DNA of 64,000 nt, taken from a virus. Each line of letters begins with the position of its first letter. Within the stretch, counting starts at the first letter, position 1. The notes under the pieces were generated by a model. The model did no database searches. It was not told the DNA's origin and saw only the letters and a list, made by a program, of their open reading frames with translations. The stretch covers positions 1 to 64,000 of IMG/VR virus record IMGVR_UViG_3300032050_000037. One strand, 5' to 3'. Position numbers and translations under genes: made by a program. Shown in pieces: positions 7,920 through 17,267 of the stretch.

Positions 7920-9548
7920 ATGGCAAGATTATTTGCAACTAGTATTAACCTCAATAAAAATGAGTTACAAAATGCTAGAATTCAAAATCTGTCCTCTAAC
8001 CCATCCTCACCAGTGGCAGGTCAGATTTATTTTAATACAGTAGACAATGAACTTCGCATATATGATGGTTCACAATGGGTTGGTAGCGGCACAATTCTTT
8101 ACGGAAACACCGCCAGCAGACCAGCATCTTCAAAAGCTGGATTAGTATATGCAGACACACAAACAGGAACATTCTATTTAGATACAGGATCTACGTGGCT
8201 ACAAATTGGTGCAAATGCACAAGATATTGTAGATGCTATTAATGATATTAATACAGATGATATCGAAGAAGGTTCTTCAAATTTATATTTTACTGCAGGA
8301 AGAGCAAAAGATGCAGCAGGAGAAGCATCTGAGGCTGGAACACAAACTGGCATAACAGTAACATATGATGACGCAAACTCTGCAATTAATTTTGTTGTAG
8401 CAGATCAATTCTTATCTCACACAACTTCAGATTTATCAGAGGGAACTAATAAATATTTTACAGATCAAAGAGCAATAGATGCTAATACAGGCTTATGGGA
8501 TACCATTGGTGCTGCAGCAACAGCTCAACAAAATGCAGAAGACTATGCAGATGACGCAGTTGATACTCATAATAATTTAACAACTGTGGTTCATGGGGTT
8601 ACTGGAGATGTCGTAGGAACATCTGACTCACAAACTCTTACAAATAAAACAATAGGATCAGGAACATCGCTAGGTGCTAATTTAGATGCCGATGATTATA
8701 GAATCACAGGACTTGCAGATCCACAAAATCCACAAGATGCTGCAAATAGAAGATATGTTGATAATGCAATATCTGGTTTAGATTGGAAGCAATCAGTACA
8801 TCTTCTTTATGATGATGCTACACCAACACTTTCTGGAGACTCAGTAACAACTCCTTTAATAATTGATGGACATGCAGCACTAGATGTAGCAGATATTGGA
8901 TATAGAATACTTGTTAAAAATGGAAATGATGCTGGTATTTATGTATATAACCAATCTGGAACATCATGGACATTAACACGTTCTGACGACGCAGACACAT
9001 ACTCAGAACTAATCGGTGCAGCAGTATTTGTAATGGAAGGAACTCAATATGGAAATACATCTTGGGTACAATCTAATCATTACTTAACTGATTTTACTGG
9101 TCAATCATGGTCACAATTTTCTGGAACTGGATCAGTAGTTGCTGGATCTGGTATTGCAATAGATGGTCTCGAAGTATCATTTAGCCCAACATCAGATGGT
9201 GGATTAAACTCAAATGGATCTATTAAACTTGCAACAGACAGTGGACTTTCTACAAGTTCTTCAGGACTACAGGTAAATGTAGGAACTGGTTTAGAAGTCA
9301 ATGCAGATACTATTGAATTTGCTTCAGGATATGGCATACGCAAATACGCAACATCAGTAGGCAATAACTCATCAGTTGCAGCAGACGTAACACATAACTT
9401 TGGAACAAAAGATGTAACCGTTACTGTATTCGATAATGCTACAGATGAAGAAGTTTTTGTAGATGTTAAACATTATGATAATAAAGTAACAATTACAACT
9501 GCAACAACAATTACAACAAATCAATATAGAGTAGTAGTAGTAGGCTAA
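7920..9548 (+). CDS. Tail or head fibre protein
   Basis: TDDIEEGSSNLYFT repeats, an ITGLADP..QDAANRRYVD stalk motif and a C-terminal THNFGTKDV module. Confidence 0.7.
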   Translation: MARLFATSINLNKNELQNARIQNLSSNPSSPVAGQIYFNTVDNELRIYDGSQWVGSGTILYGNTASRPASSKAGLVYADTQTGTFYLDTGSTWLQIGANAQDIVDAINDINTDDIEEGSSNLYFTAGRAKDAAGEASEAGTQTGITVTYDDANSAINFVVADQFLSHTTSDLSEGTNKYFTDQRAIDANTGLWDTIGAAATAQQNAEDYADDAVDTHNNLTTVVHGVTGDVVGTSDSQTLTNKTIGSGTSLGANLDADDYRITGLADPQNPQDAANRRYVDNAISGLDWKQSVHLLYDDATPTLSGDSVTTPLIIDGHAALDVADIGYRILVKNGNDAGIYVYNQSGTSWTLTRSDDADTYSELIGAAVFVMEGTQYGNTSWVQSNHYLTDFTGQSWSQFSGTGSVVAGSGIAIDGLEVSFSPTSDGGLNSNGSIKLATDSGLSTSSSGLQVNVGTGLEVNADTIEFASGYGIRKYATSVGNNSSVAADVTHNFGTKDVTVTVFDNATDEEVFVDVKHYDNKVTITTATTITTNQYRVVVVG

Positions 9549-9550
9549 AA

Positions 9551-9925
9551 ATGTCAAAAAAGATGAAGGTACCACTTAACCTTCTAACATTATCCTCCGA
9601 CCCAGTTTTTGGGTCGGCAGGAGATGTTTACTTTAATCTTATAACAAAAAATATAAAGTTGTATAATGGATTAGTTTGGGTTGACATAACCCCAGCATCA
9701 ACAGATCCAACACCATTTTACATGCACACACATACATACGATGGAGATGTACATACAATAGATGTAGGCAACCAAATTACATTTAAAGAAATAAACTTAA
9801 ATTCTTTACCTGAAGAAGATTTGCCTGATATAATTGGTATTGATGGTGGTGCACCAAACGATGTTATAACAAATGCACAATCATCAAATTTAAGTTTGAT
9901 GGACGGTGGAAACGTTGGCAATTAA
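9551..9925 (+). CDS. Small fibre-associated structural protein
   Basis: GDVYFN...LYNGLVW module as in 7920; contains HTH; IDGG/MDGG ending. Confidence 0.55.
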   Translation: MSKKMKVPLNLLTLSSDPVFGSAGDVYFNLITKNIKLYNGLVWVDITPASTDPTPFYMHTHTYDGDVHTIDVGNQITFKEINLNSLPEEDLPDIIGIDGGAPNDVITNAQSSNLSLMDGGNVGN

Positions 9926-10472
9926 TTTTCCAAACAGTTTAGATACATTAACTAATCCTAATTCTACAGACTCACTATCAAGCCCATCTCACTCAGAGCA
10001 ACATAGAAATGCTAATGATGCTATAGAAGCACTACAGCAAAAAGTTGGAGTAGATGGATCACAAGATGTTAATTCTATAGATTATAAAATTTCAGATATA
10101 ATATCTCAACTAGATGGCTTAGATAATAGTACTGAATCTATTCAAACATTATTAGGCTTAGAAGGCAATAATGATGTTTCAATAAGTGGAATAGAAAATA
10201 AAACTGTTATAGATAGTTTTTCAAAAACTTTATATAGAACAGTAAGATGGGTTCTTCAAATTTCAAGAGGAACAGATTTTGTTGCTGAAGCTTTAGATTT
10301 AGTTCAAGATGGAATAGATTTCCATTTGCAAGAGTATGAGATATCATCAAATACTTCAAATGTATTAGCAACAGTTACATTAGAAGAAAATTCAGGTATA
10401 ATTAATTTATGCGTTACTCCTACGAGTACAGCAGTTACTGCTAGATTCTATAGAACAGCGCTTAAAGTATAA
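9915..10472 (+). CDS. Structural protein (fibre block)
   Basis: Probable TTG start giving MAINFPNSLD; C-terminal domain resembles that of 10496..11827 (YRTVRW...EY). Confidence 0.55.
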   Translation: MAINFPNSLDTLTNPNSTDSLSSPSHSEQHRNANDAIEALQQKVGVDGSQDVNSIDYKISDIISQLDGLDNSTESIQTLLGLEGNNDVSISGIENKTVIDSFSKTLYRTVRWVLQISRGTDFVAEALDLVQDGIDFHLQEYEISSNTSNVLATVTLEENSGIINLCVTPTSTAVTARFYRTALKV

Positions 10473-10495
10473 AAAAGCAGTAAAAAGGGGATAAA

Positions 10496-11827
10496 GTGGC
10501 AACAGTAAATAAAAACTTTAGAATCAAAAATGGTTTAGTAGTTGAAGGATCAACCGCTACCGTTAATGGTCAAAATGTATTAACAGAAACTGGTTCAGAC
10601 CAGTATATTTTAAATTTAATTGGCGGAGAAACACTTGTAAAATCAGTTAATTCTTCTCAATTAGAAGTAAGCGCAGGCGGAGAGTTATCCGTAAAAGCAA
10701 ACGTATTTGATGCACATGGCGCAGCTTCACAAGCTCTTTCAGATGCTGAAGATTATGTAGACAATGCATTAAATAGCTATACACCAACATCTAGTTTAGA
10801 TACAACAATTGATGGTTATGGATACCTAAAGTCTGCTGATCTTTCTGGCTATGCAACAGAAACTTATGCAGACAATGCAGTCTCAACAGCAGTAAATGCA
10901 TTAGATACAGATGATATTGAAGAAGGTGCATCTAACCTTTACTTTACAAATCAACGTGCTCTTGATGCAACCTCAGCTGCATATGATGCAGCAGGTGCCG
11001 CTTCTACAGCAGAAGCAAATGCTAATACTTATACAGATAACGCAATTAATGGACTAGATACAGATGACATTGAAGAAGGTACAACTAATAAGTACTACTC
11101 AGATACTCTTGCCCGTCAAGCAATAAGTGCTGGAACTGGTATTAGTTATAATACTTTATCTGGTGAGATTTCCGTAGACAATACAATTGCAACTCAATCT
11201 TATGTAGATACAGCAATTGATAATCTTGTAGACGGAGCCCCAGGACTTCTAGATACACTTAATGAAATCGCAGCAGCAATTAATGATGATGCAAACTACT
11301 TTACAACAGTAGCAAACTCAATTGCAGCTAAGCAAGATACTTTAACTGCTGGCGCTAATATTGATATTACCTCAAATACAATATCTGTAACTGGACTAGA
11401 TACAGATGATGTAGCAGAAGGTACAAATCTATACTTCACAGATGCTCGTGCAAGAAGCGCAGTAGACGGAACTGATCGTTCCTTTACTTCTGTTGAAATT
11501 AATGAGGTTTCAAAAGAAGTTGCAGCGACAACTGGAAATATTGCAACAGCAGCAGCTACAACAGCATATGCTTGGGCAAAAGCAGATTATCGCAGTGCCA
11601 AGTTTATGGTTAAAATTAAAAATGGATCACACACAGAAGTTTCTGAACTACTAGTTACTTTAGACACATCTGATAGTGTTTATCTAACAGAATACGGAAT
11701 GTCATCAACAAGCGGAACATCTCTAGGAACTATTACAGCAGATGTAAGCGGATCAGATGTGCGTATCCGTGTAACACCAGCAAATAATAACTCAGAGGTT
11801 ATTGTAGCTGGAACATTGTTAATATAA
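10496..11827 (+). CDS. Fibre protein
   Basis: Three LDTDD(I/V)xEG..N(L/K)Y(F/Y) repeats and GAPGLLDTLNEIAAAI, a common phage fibre coiled motif. Confidence 0.7.
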   Translation: MATVNKNFRIKNGLVVEGSTATVNGQNVLTETGSDQYILNLIGGETLVKSVNSSQLEVSAGGELSVKANVFDAHGAASQALSDAEDYVDNALNSYTPTSSLDTTIDGYGYLKSADLSGYATETYADNAVSTAVNALDTDDIEEGASNLYFTNQRALDATSAAYDAAGAASTAEANANTYTDNAINGLDTDDIEEGTTNKYYSDTLARQAISAGTGISYNTLSGEISVDNTIATQSYVDTAIDNLVDGAPGLLDTLNEIAAAINDDANYFTTVANSIAAKQDTLTAGANIDITSNTISVTGLDTDDVAEGTNLYFTDARARSAVDGTDRSFTSVEINEVSKEVAATTGNIATAAATTAYAWAKADYRSAKFMVKIKNGSHTEVSELLVTLDTSDSVYLTEYGMSSTSGTSLGTITADVSGSDVRIRVTPANNNSEVIVAGTLLI

Positions 11828-11892
11828 TTAAATAATAGGCTAGGGGAGAGCCTGAATCTCCCCACAAAAAAAATTAGGGGATAGTGAACTTA

Positions 11893-12240
11893 ATGGCAAC
11901 AACAGATAAAGATTTTAAAGTTAAAAATGGATTAAATGTCGCAGGAACTGCCACATTTGACTCCAATGTCGTATTGGGAACAACCCCCCTTAGATTTGAT
12001 ACAACAACAAATAAACTACAAATCCAGTTAAATGGAGAGTGGAAGCCTATTGCATTTACAGAAGACCTAGATAATCAAATTGGATTTACAGATATAGGTT
12101 TAGCTATAGATTACAATGGTTTACCAATATATACAGTTCAGGCAAATGGAGTAAACACCACAGCAACAAAATTTGCTGATGGAGGAAGTCCAACAACCTC
12201 AACTTATGGTATAAGTTTTGACTCAGGTTCTTTAGTTTAA
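11893..12240 (+). CDS. Small structural protein; N-terminus paralogous to 10496
   Basis: MATTDKDFKVKNGL versus MATVNKNFRIKNGL. Confidence 0.55.
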   Translation: MATTDKDFKVKNGLNVAGTATFDSNVVLGTTPLRFDTTTNKLQIQLNGEWKPIAFTEDLDNQIGFTDIGLAIDYNGLPIYTVQANGVNTTATKFADGGSPTTSTYGISFDSGSLV

Positions 12241-12279
12241 ATAAAATAATGCTATACTTAGCAAATAAGGGGTAATAAA

Positions 12280-14562
12280 ATGTCAACAGTAAGAATTCAG
12301 TTACGCAGAGGCACAGCAACCGAATGGACAAATGCTGATACTGCTTTAAACTCATCAGGCGGTCTTGTATTAGCTGCTGGTGAAATGGGTGTAGAGACAA
12401 ACACCAGAAAAATTAAAATTGGCGATGGTTCCACACGATGGAGCTCATTAGCATATGTAGCAGCAGACTCACCTGCAATTAGTGAGATTGCACAAGATGC
12501 AATTAATGATGCCCTTTCAATGGGTTCAGGTTTAACAAAATCTTACAACGATAATACAGATACAATTTCTATTGCAATTGATGATTCTGTTGTAGCACTT
12601 AAGTCTTATGTAGACTCTGAAGTGGGCGGATTACAAAATACAGTAACATCAGATTATGTATTAATATCAGATGTAGGAAATGCAGGAGGACCTGCAAAGT
12701 TAGATGTAGATGGAAATCTATTAGTTCCTAAATCAAGCATTATTTTAGAAGGATCATCAGCAAATGATTATGAGACAACTCTAACAGTAACAGATCCTAC
12801 AGCAGATAGAACAATTACATTGCCAGATGCTTCAGGAACTGTAGCAGTTTTAACAGGTAGCGGAGATTTAGTTATACCTGGAAATCTAACTGTAAACGGA
12901 GATACAACATCATTTAATACAGCAGAAATGCTTGTAGAAGATAATGAATTTGTATTAAATTCAAATGTTTCAACAGGAACTCCTACAGTAAGTGCTCAGA
13001 TTTCTGTAAGACGTGGATCATTAGACCCAGCATTTATTCAGTGGAATGAAACAACCGATAAATGGGTAGCAAATTATGGTGAAGCTAATGCAAAAGAAAT
13101 AGCAACACTAGACGATGTTGAATTTATGGGAGACACATCAGAAGCATATGCGGATACTCAAATAGGATATCACAATGGAATAAGTGTAAATGTTCATGGA
13201 ATAGCAGACACTTCTTTATTAGTAATACAAAATGATTTATCAACAGCAATTTCTGATCATAATTTAGATACAACAAGCGTTCATGGAATAGCAGATACAT
13301 CTGTTTTGGTTACTACATCTGACCTTTCATCAACCCTATCTTCAGCTGAAAGTTATGCAGAAACTCAAGTAACAAATCATAATTTAGATACTACAGATGT
13401 TCATGGAATATCAAATACAGCAGATTTAGCAACAAAAGGTTACGCAGATCAAGCGGTATCAGATCATAGTGGAGACACAACAAATATTCATGGTATTTCA
13501 GACACATCTGCTTTAGCAACAAAAACATATGCAGATAATGCAGTATCACAAGAAGCAATTACAACTGCATCTAATTTAGCTACAGCAGTATCAAATCATA
13601 ATAATGCTACAACTTCAGTTCATGGCATTGCGGATACATCTTTGTTAGCAACTACATCTTATGTAGATAACGCAGACTCAGATTTACAAGACTCAATAGA
13701 TCTAAAAGCACCAATTGCAAATCCAACATTTACTGGAACAGTTTCTGGCATTACAGCAACCATGGTAGGACTTGGAAACGTAGACAATACTTCTGATTTA
13801 GATAAACCAGTTTCTACCGCTACACAAACAGCATTAGATCTTAAGGCAAACCTTAATTCTCCAACATTCACAGGTACAGCAACAACAAACCATCTTGTTG
13901 TAGATGGTGACTTTACTGTAAATGGTACTAATTTTGCAGCAAGTGCAACATCTATTACAATTGAAGATAATATGGTTCAACTTGCACATCAAAATGCAGC
14001 AAATACAGTTGATCTTGGTCTTGTTGTAGCATACAACGACGGCTCAGCAAAGCATGCTGGTATTGTTCGAGATGTTTCCGAAAATAAATGGAAGCTGTTT
14101 AAAGGTGTAGCAACAGAACCTTCAACAACAGTTGATTTTACAGAAGGATCTTTAGATGATCTTAAAGTTGCAGCATTCGAAGCAACAACTGTAACACCTT
14201 CAAGCGGTGTAGTGTTCTCAGATGGAACACAAACAAAAGAGGGTGTTCCTTCAAGAACCCCGATTATTTCAAAGACCGCTGATTACACACTTTCAGCATT
14301 ATCTGAAAGAGATTCATTAATTGAAGTTGATTCTTCTTCAGCAGTAACAATTACAATTCCAACAAATTCAGCAGTAGCCTTCCCAGTCGGAACTACTCTT
14401 GATATTCTTGGAATAAATACAGGATTAATTACAATAGCAGGAGATACTGGAGTGACAGTAAATGCTACACCAGGATTAAAATTACGTACACAATGGTCAT
14501 CATGTACTCTATTTAAGCGTGGAGAAAACGCTTGGGTAGCTTACGGAGATCTAAAGGCATAG
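12280..14562 (+). CDS. Fibre protein with Mtd/hyaluronidase-type N-terminal domain
   Basis: RIQLRRGTATEW...LAAGEMGVETNTRKIKIGDG; five H-x7-HGI(A/S)(D/N)T repeats; VGLGNVDNTSDLDKPVS fibre motif. Confidence 0.75.
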   Translation: MSTVRIQLRRGTATEWTNADTALNSSGGLVLAAGEMGVETNTRKIKIGDGSTRWSSLAYVAADSPAISEIAQDAINDALSMGSGLTKSYNDNTDTISIAIDDSVVALKSYVDSEVGGLQNTVTSDYVLISDVGNAGGPAKLDVDGNLLVPKSSIILEGSSANDYETTLTVTDPTADRTITLPDASGTVAVLTGSGDLVIPGNLTVNGDTTSFNTAEMLVEDNEFVLNSNVSTGTPTVSAQISVRRGSLDPAFIQWNETTDKWVANYGEANAKEIATLDDVEFMGDTSEAYADTQIGYHNGISVNVHGIADTSLLVIQNDLSTAISDHNLDTTSVHGIADTSVLVTTSDLSSTLSSAESYAETQVTNHNLDTTDVHGISNTADLATKGYADQAVSDHSGDTTNIHGISDTSALATKTYADNAVSQEAITTASNLATAVSNHNNATTSVHGIADTSLLATTSYVDNADSDLQDSIDLKAPIANPTFTGTVSGITATMVGLGNVDNTSDLDKPVSTATQTALDLKANLNSPTFTGTATTNHLVVDGDFTVNGTNFAASATSITIEDNMVQLAHQNAANTVDLGLVVAYNDGSAKHAGIVRDVSENKWKLFKGVATEPSTTVDFTEGSLDDLKVAAFEATTVTPSSGVVFSDGTQTKEGVPSRTPIISKTADYTLSALSERDSLIEVDSSSAVTITIPTNSAVAFPVGTTLDILGINTGLITIAGDTGVTVNATPGLKLRTQWSSCTLFKRGENAWVAYGDLKA

Positions 14563-14573
14563 GAGATAAATAA

Positions 14574-15890
14574 ATGAGTAAAAGAGCTGGAAGAAAATCT
14601 CAACAGTCTAATGACTTTTTAGAGCCATATAAACCAATAATTACATCAGTTACAGATGTAGGTACAAATAGACCATTTAATGATGGGTCTGCAAGCATAG
14701 CATTTGAATTGCCAGCAGGATCTCCAGATGCGACATCTTTCACAGCAACATCTAGTCCTACTGGATTAACAATAACTGGATCTTCATCTCCATTGGTTAT
14801 GACTGGATTAGCATCAAATACTAATTATACATTTACAGTATATGCAACAAATTCTTATGGAAATTCACAAACATCAGATGCATCCTCATCTACATTAATT
14901 ACAACAGTACCATCAGCACCAGTATCTCCTTCCGTTTCTTCAACAGTTGCCGACAGGGACGATGTTTCTTGGTCAGAACCATCTAGTGGTGGTAAATCTA
15001 TTACATCATATACAGTAGTGTCTTCAGATGGACCATCTTATCAAAATATAGCAGCAACGTCATATCAAGTTTCAGAATCTGGTGGAACTACACAAAGTTA
15101 TACAATTTATGCAGTTAATGCTAATGGAACATCAGCAGGAGCATCTACAAATTCAGTAACTACATTCTTTTCTCCACCATCATTCTTTGCACCTCCAGGG
15201 TTCTTTAGCCCTCCAGGATTCTTCAGTCCTCCAGGATTCTTCAGTCCTCCAGGATTCTTCAGTCCTCCAGGATTCTTCAGTCCTCCAGGATTCTTTAGTC
15301 CTCCAGGGTTCTTTGCACCACCAAGATTTTTTGCACCTCCAGGGTTCTTTGCACCACCAAGATTTTTTGGACCTCCGTATTTTGGAGGAGGAGCCACCTG
15401 CTTACACGAAGATACACCAGTAACAGTTGTTGGTGAAAATGACTCAATTGAATATAAACCTGCAAAAGATGTTCAAGAAGGAGATTGGATATGGGCAGTG
15501 GATATAGAAGAACTAGATCCAAATGAACCAGCATATTCATCATTATTCTGGATAAGCCCTACAGCAACCTTTAATGGTTTAGTTAAAACAGAGGTTATTA
15601 ATAAATATACTTCTTTAGCTGAAGAAACAATAACCATTAATAATGATCCAAGTTCTAGATTTACAAAAGAACATCCAATGTTTATAACAAGAAATGGAGA
15701 AAATACATTCGTTTTAGCAAATAATTTGCAAATCGGTGATATTTTATCTAAGCATGATAATCAAGGCAACATATACTCAGAAACAATAAATTCTATAGAA
15801 ACTATTGTAGAAGAGTGTGCAGTGCTTACATTTAATGCTGAGCCATATGATTTAATTTATGCAAATGGCATATTAACTCATAATAAATAA
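14574..15890 (+). CDS. FN3-domain virion-type protein with FFxPPx repeats and a C-terminal Hint (intein-like) domain
   Basis: Two FN3-like units (GLASNTNYTFTVYATN; YTIYAVNANG), 12 hexapeptide repeats, then CLHEDTPV...FTKEHP...IYANGILTHNK. Confidence 0.85.
   Translation: MSKRAGRKSQQSNDFLEPYKPIITSVTDVGTNRPFNDGSASIAFELPAGSPDATSFTATSSPTGLTITGSSSPLVMTGLASNTNYTFTVYATNSYGNSQTSDASSSTLITTVPSAPVSPSVSSTVADRDDVSWSEPSSGGKSITSYTVVSSDGPSYQNIAATSYQVSESGGTTQSYTIYAVNANGTSAGASTNSVTTFFSPPSFFAPPGFFSPPGFFSPPGFFSPPGFFSPPGFFSPPGFFSPPGFFAPPRFFAPPGFFAPPRFFGPPYFGGGATCLHEDTPVTVVGENDSIEYKPAKDVQEGDWIWAVDIEELDPNEPAYSSLFWISPTATFNGLVKTEVINKYTSLAEETITINNDPSSRFTKEHPMFITRNGENTFVLANNLQIGDILSKHDNQGNIYSETINSIETIVEECAVLTFNAEPYDLIYANGILTHNK
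15165..15380 (+). repeat. Tandem 18-bp coding repeat x12, encoding FF(S/A/G)PP(G/S/R/Y)
   Basis: Read directly from the sequence; four consecutive units are the identical TTCTTCAGTCCTCCAGGA. Confidence 0.97.
15399..15890 (+). other. Hint / bacterial intein-like autoprocessing domain (163 aa)
   Basis: Block A Cys1, block B TxxH (TKEH), terminal His-Asn followed by a single Lys and the stop. Confidence 0.85.
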
Positions 15891-15892
15891 TA

Positions 15893-15921
15893 TAGACATA
15901 TAAATAAAGTTTTGCTATAAT
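15893..15921 (+). promoter_or_regulatory. Promoter of the oxygenase cluster
   Basis: TAGACA, 17-nt spacer, TATAAT, with an extended TG. Confidence 0.7.
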
Positions 15922-15954
15922 TATTTTTTAAATACTAGCAGAAAGATATTTATT

Positions 15955-16572
15955 TTGGAAAAATTAGAAGTAGGATATGGCATATGGCTATACCGCAACG
16001 TATTTCCAGACAATCTTAATTTAATTACAAGAATAGAAAATGCTATTGATAATAGTAATGGAATTTATTCTTGGAAAGAAGCAATGGTTGGATGGAAACA
16101 AAAAATTCCAGAGTATAGAAATTGTTTAGATTTTAAAGTTTCTAAACCAAATAGTACATCAATAACTAAGAATAAAAGTTCAGTAGAAGTACAATCAATT
16201 TGGCAAGACTCCTACAATGCACAAAAAGAATGTCTAGATGATTATTGTAAAATGTATAGAATAAAATTAGATTATTGGGAATCTTTTAACTTTGTTAAGT
16301 ATGAAGAGGGCCATCATTTTGAGGAGCACTCAGATCATGGAGATGCCTATGTTTGTACTGTATCTGGAGTAGGATATCTAAATGATGATTATGAAGGTGG
16401 AGAATTATTTTTTCCAAAAATTAATATATTTATTAAACCACAAAAGGGAGATCTATACTTATTTCCATCTTCATTTATTTATTCTCATAAATCAATGCCA
16501 ATAAAGTCAGGAACTAAATACTCAATAGTTACAATGTTTGATTATAACGATAAGCACCATAAAGGACAATAA
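15955..16572 (+). CDS. 2OG-Fe(II) oxygenase (prolyl 4-hydroxylase-like)
   Basis: HSD, YLNDDYEGGEL, H...GTKY. Confidence 0.9.
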   Translation: MEKLEVGYGIWLYRNVFPDNLNLITRIENAIDNSNGIYSWKEAMVGWKQKIPEYRNCLDFKVSKPNSTSITKNKSSVEVQSIWQDSYNAQKECLDDYCKMYRIKLDYWESFNFVKYEEGHHFEEHSDHGDAYVCTVSGVGYLNDDYEGGELFFPKINIFIKPQKGDLYLFPSSFIYSHKSMPIKSGTKYSIVTMFDYNDKHHKGQ

Positions 16573-17267
16573 TGTTAAATAATGCTGAATACCTAGCCCC
16601 AGGAATTATAGTTTATAGAAATGTATTCCCAGAATCAATGAATTTAATTCAAAGATTAGAATCAGAACTTTCAAAAGAAAATAATCCTTATAAATGGAAA
16701 ACTGCAAAAACTGGGTATAATTTAGAAGATAAAAGATATAGAGATTGTGCTGATTTTAAAATTAAAAGTAACCCACAAGGTTATTTAATGTTAGGCGGAG
16801 AAAGCGTTACGCCAGAAAATAAAAAAGAAACAGAAATAGCTTTAGAAAAAGTTTGGCAAGACTCTTATAGCGCACAAATAGAACCAGTAGAAGATTATAG
16901 AAAAATATTTGGACTTGCACCATTAAATTATTGGGAATCTTTTAATTTTGTTAAGTATGGAGAGGACCAGCATTTTCAAGTACATTCAGATCACGGATAT
17001 TCTTATATTTGTGTTTTATCTTCTGTTGGATATATTAATGACGATTACGAGGGTGGAGAATTATTTTTTGATAAGTTAAATTTAAAAATTAAACCAAAAG
17101 CTGGGGATCTTTACTTATTTCCTTCATCTTATATTTACTCACACGCAGCTATGCCAGTTACAAAAGGGGTTAAATACTCTATAGTTACAATGCTAGATTA
17201 TTTAGAGGCACCACACACCCCAGAGTACAGAGAAATAGAAAAAAGATATACAGAAAATTATTTATAA
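16572..17267 (+). CDS. 2OG-Fe(II) oxygenase; close paralogue of 15955..16572
   Basis: Shares YWESFNFVKY, HSDHG, GDLYLFPSS and KYSIVTM with its neighbour. Confidence 0.9.
   Translation: MLNNAEYLAPGIIVYRNVFPESMNLIQRLESELSKENNPYKWKTAKTGYNLEDKRYRDCADFKIKSNPQGYLMLGGESVTPENKKETEIALEKVWQDSYSAQIEPVEDYRKIFGLAPLNYWESFNFVKYGEDQHFQVHSDHGYSYICVLSSVGYINDDYEGGELFFDKLNLKIKPKAGDLYLFPSSYIYSHAAMPVTKGVKYSIVTMLDYLEAPHTPEYREIEKRYTENYL

Noticed and set aside
12280-14562. Diversity-generating retroelement suggested by the Mtd-like N-terminus
   Set aside because: No reverse transcriptase and no template/variable repeat pair in the window.
15165-15380. CRISPR array
   Set aside because: Contiguous coding repeats with no spacers; the only Cas-like gene is a solo Cas4-type phage nuclease.
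15107-15543. Alternative-frame repeat ORFs (GGLKNP)n, (LQDSSV)n and 15295..15543
   Set aside because: These are shadows of the 18-bp array. Synonymous third-position variation preserves the FFxPPx frame, and they lack RBS or promoter support.
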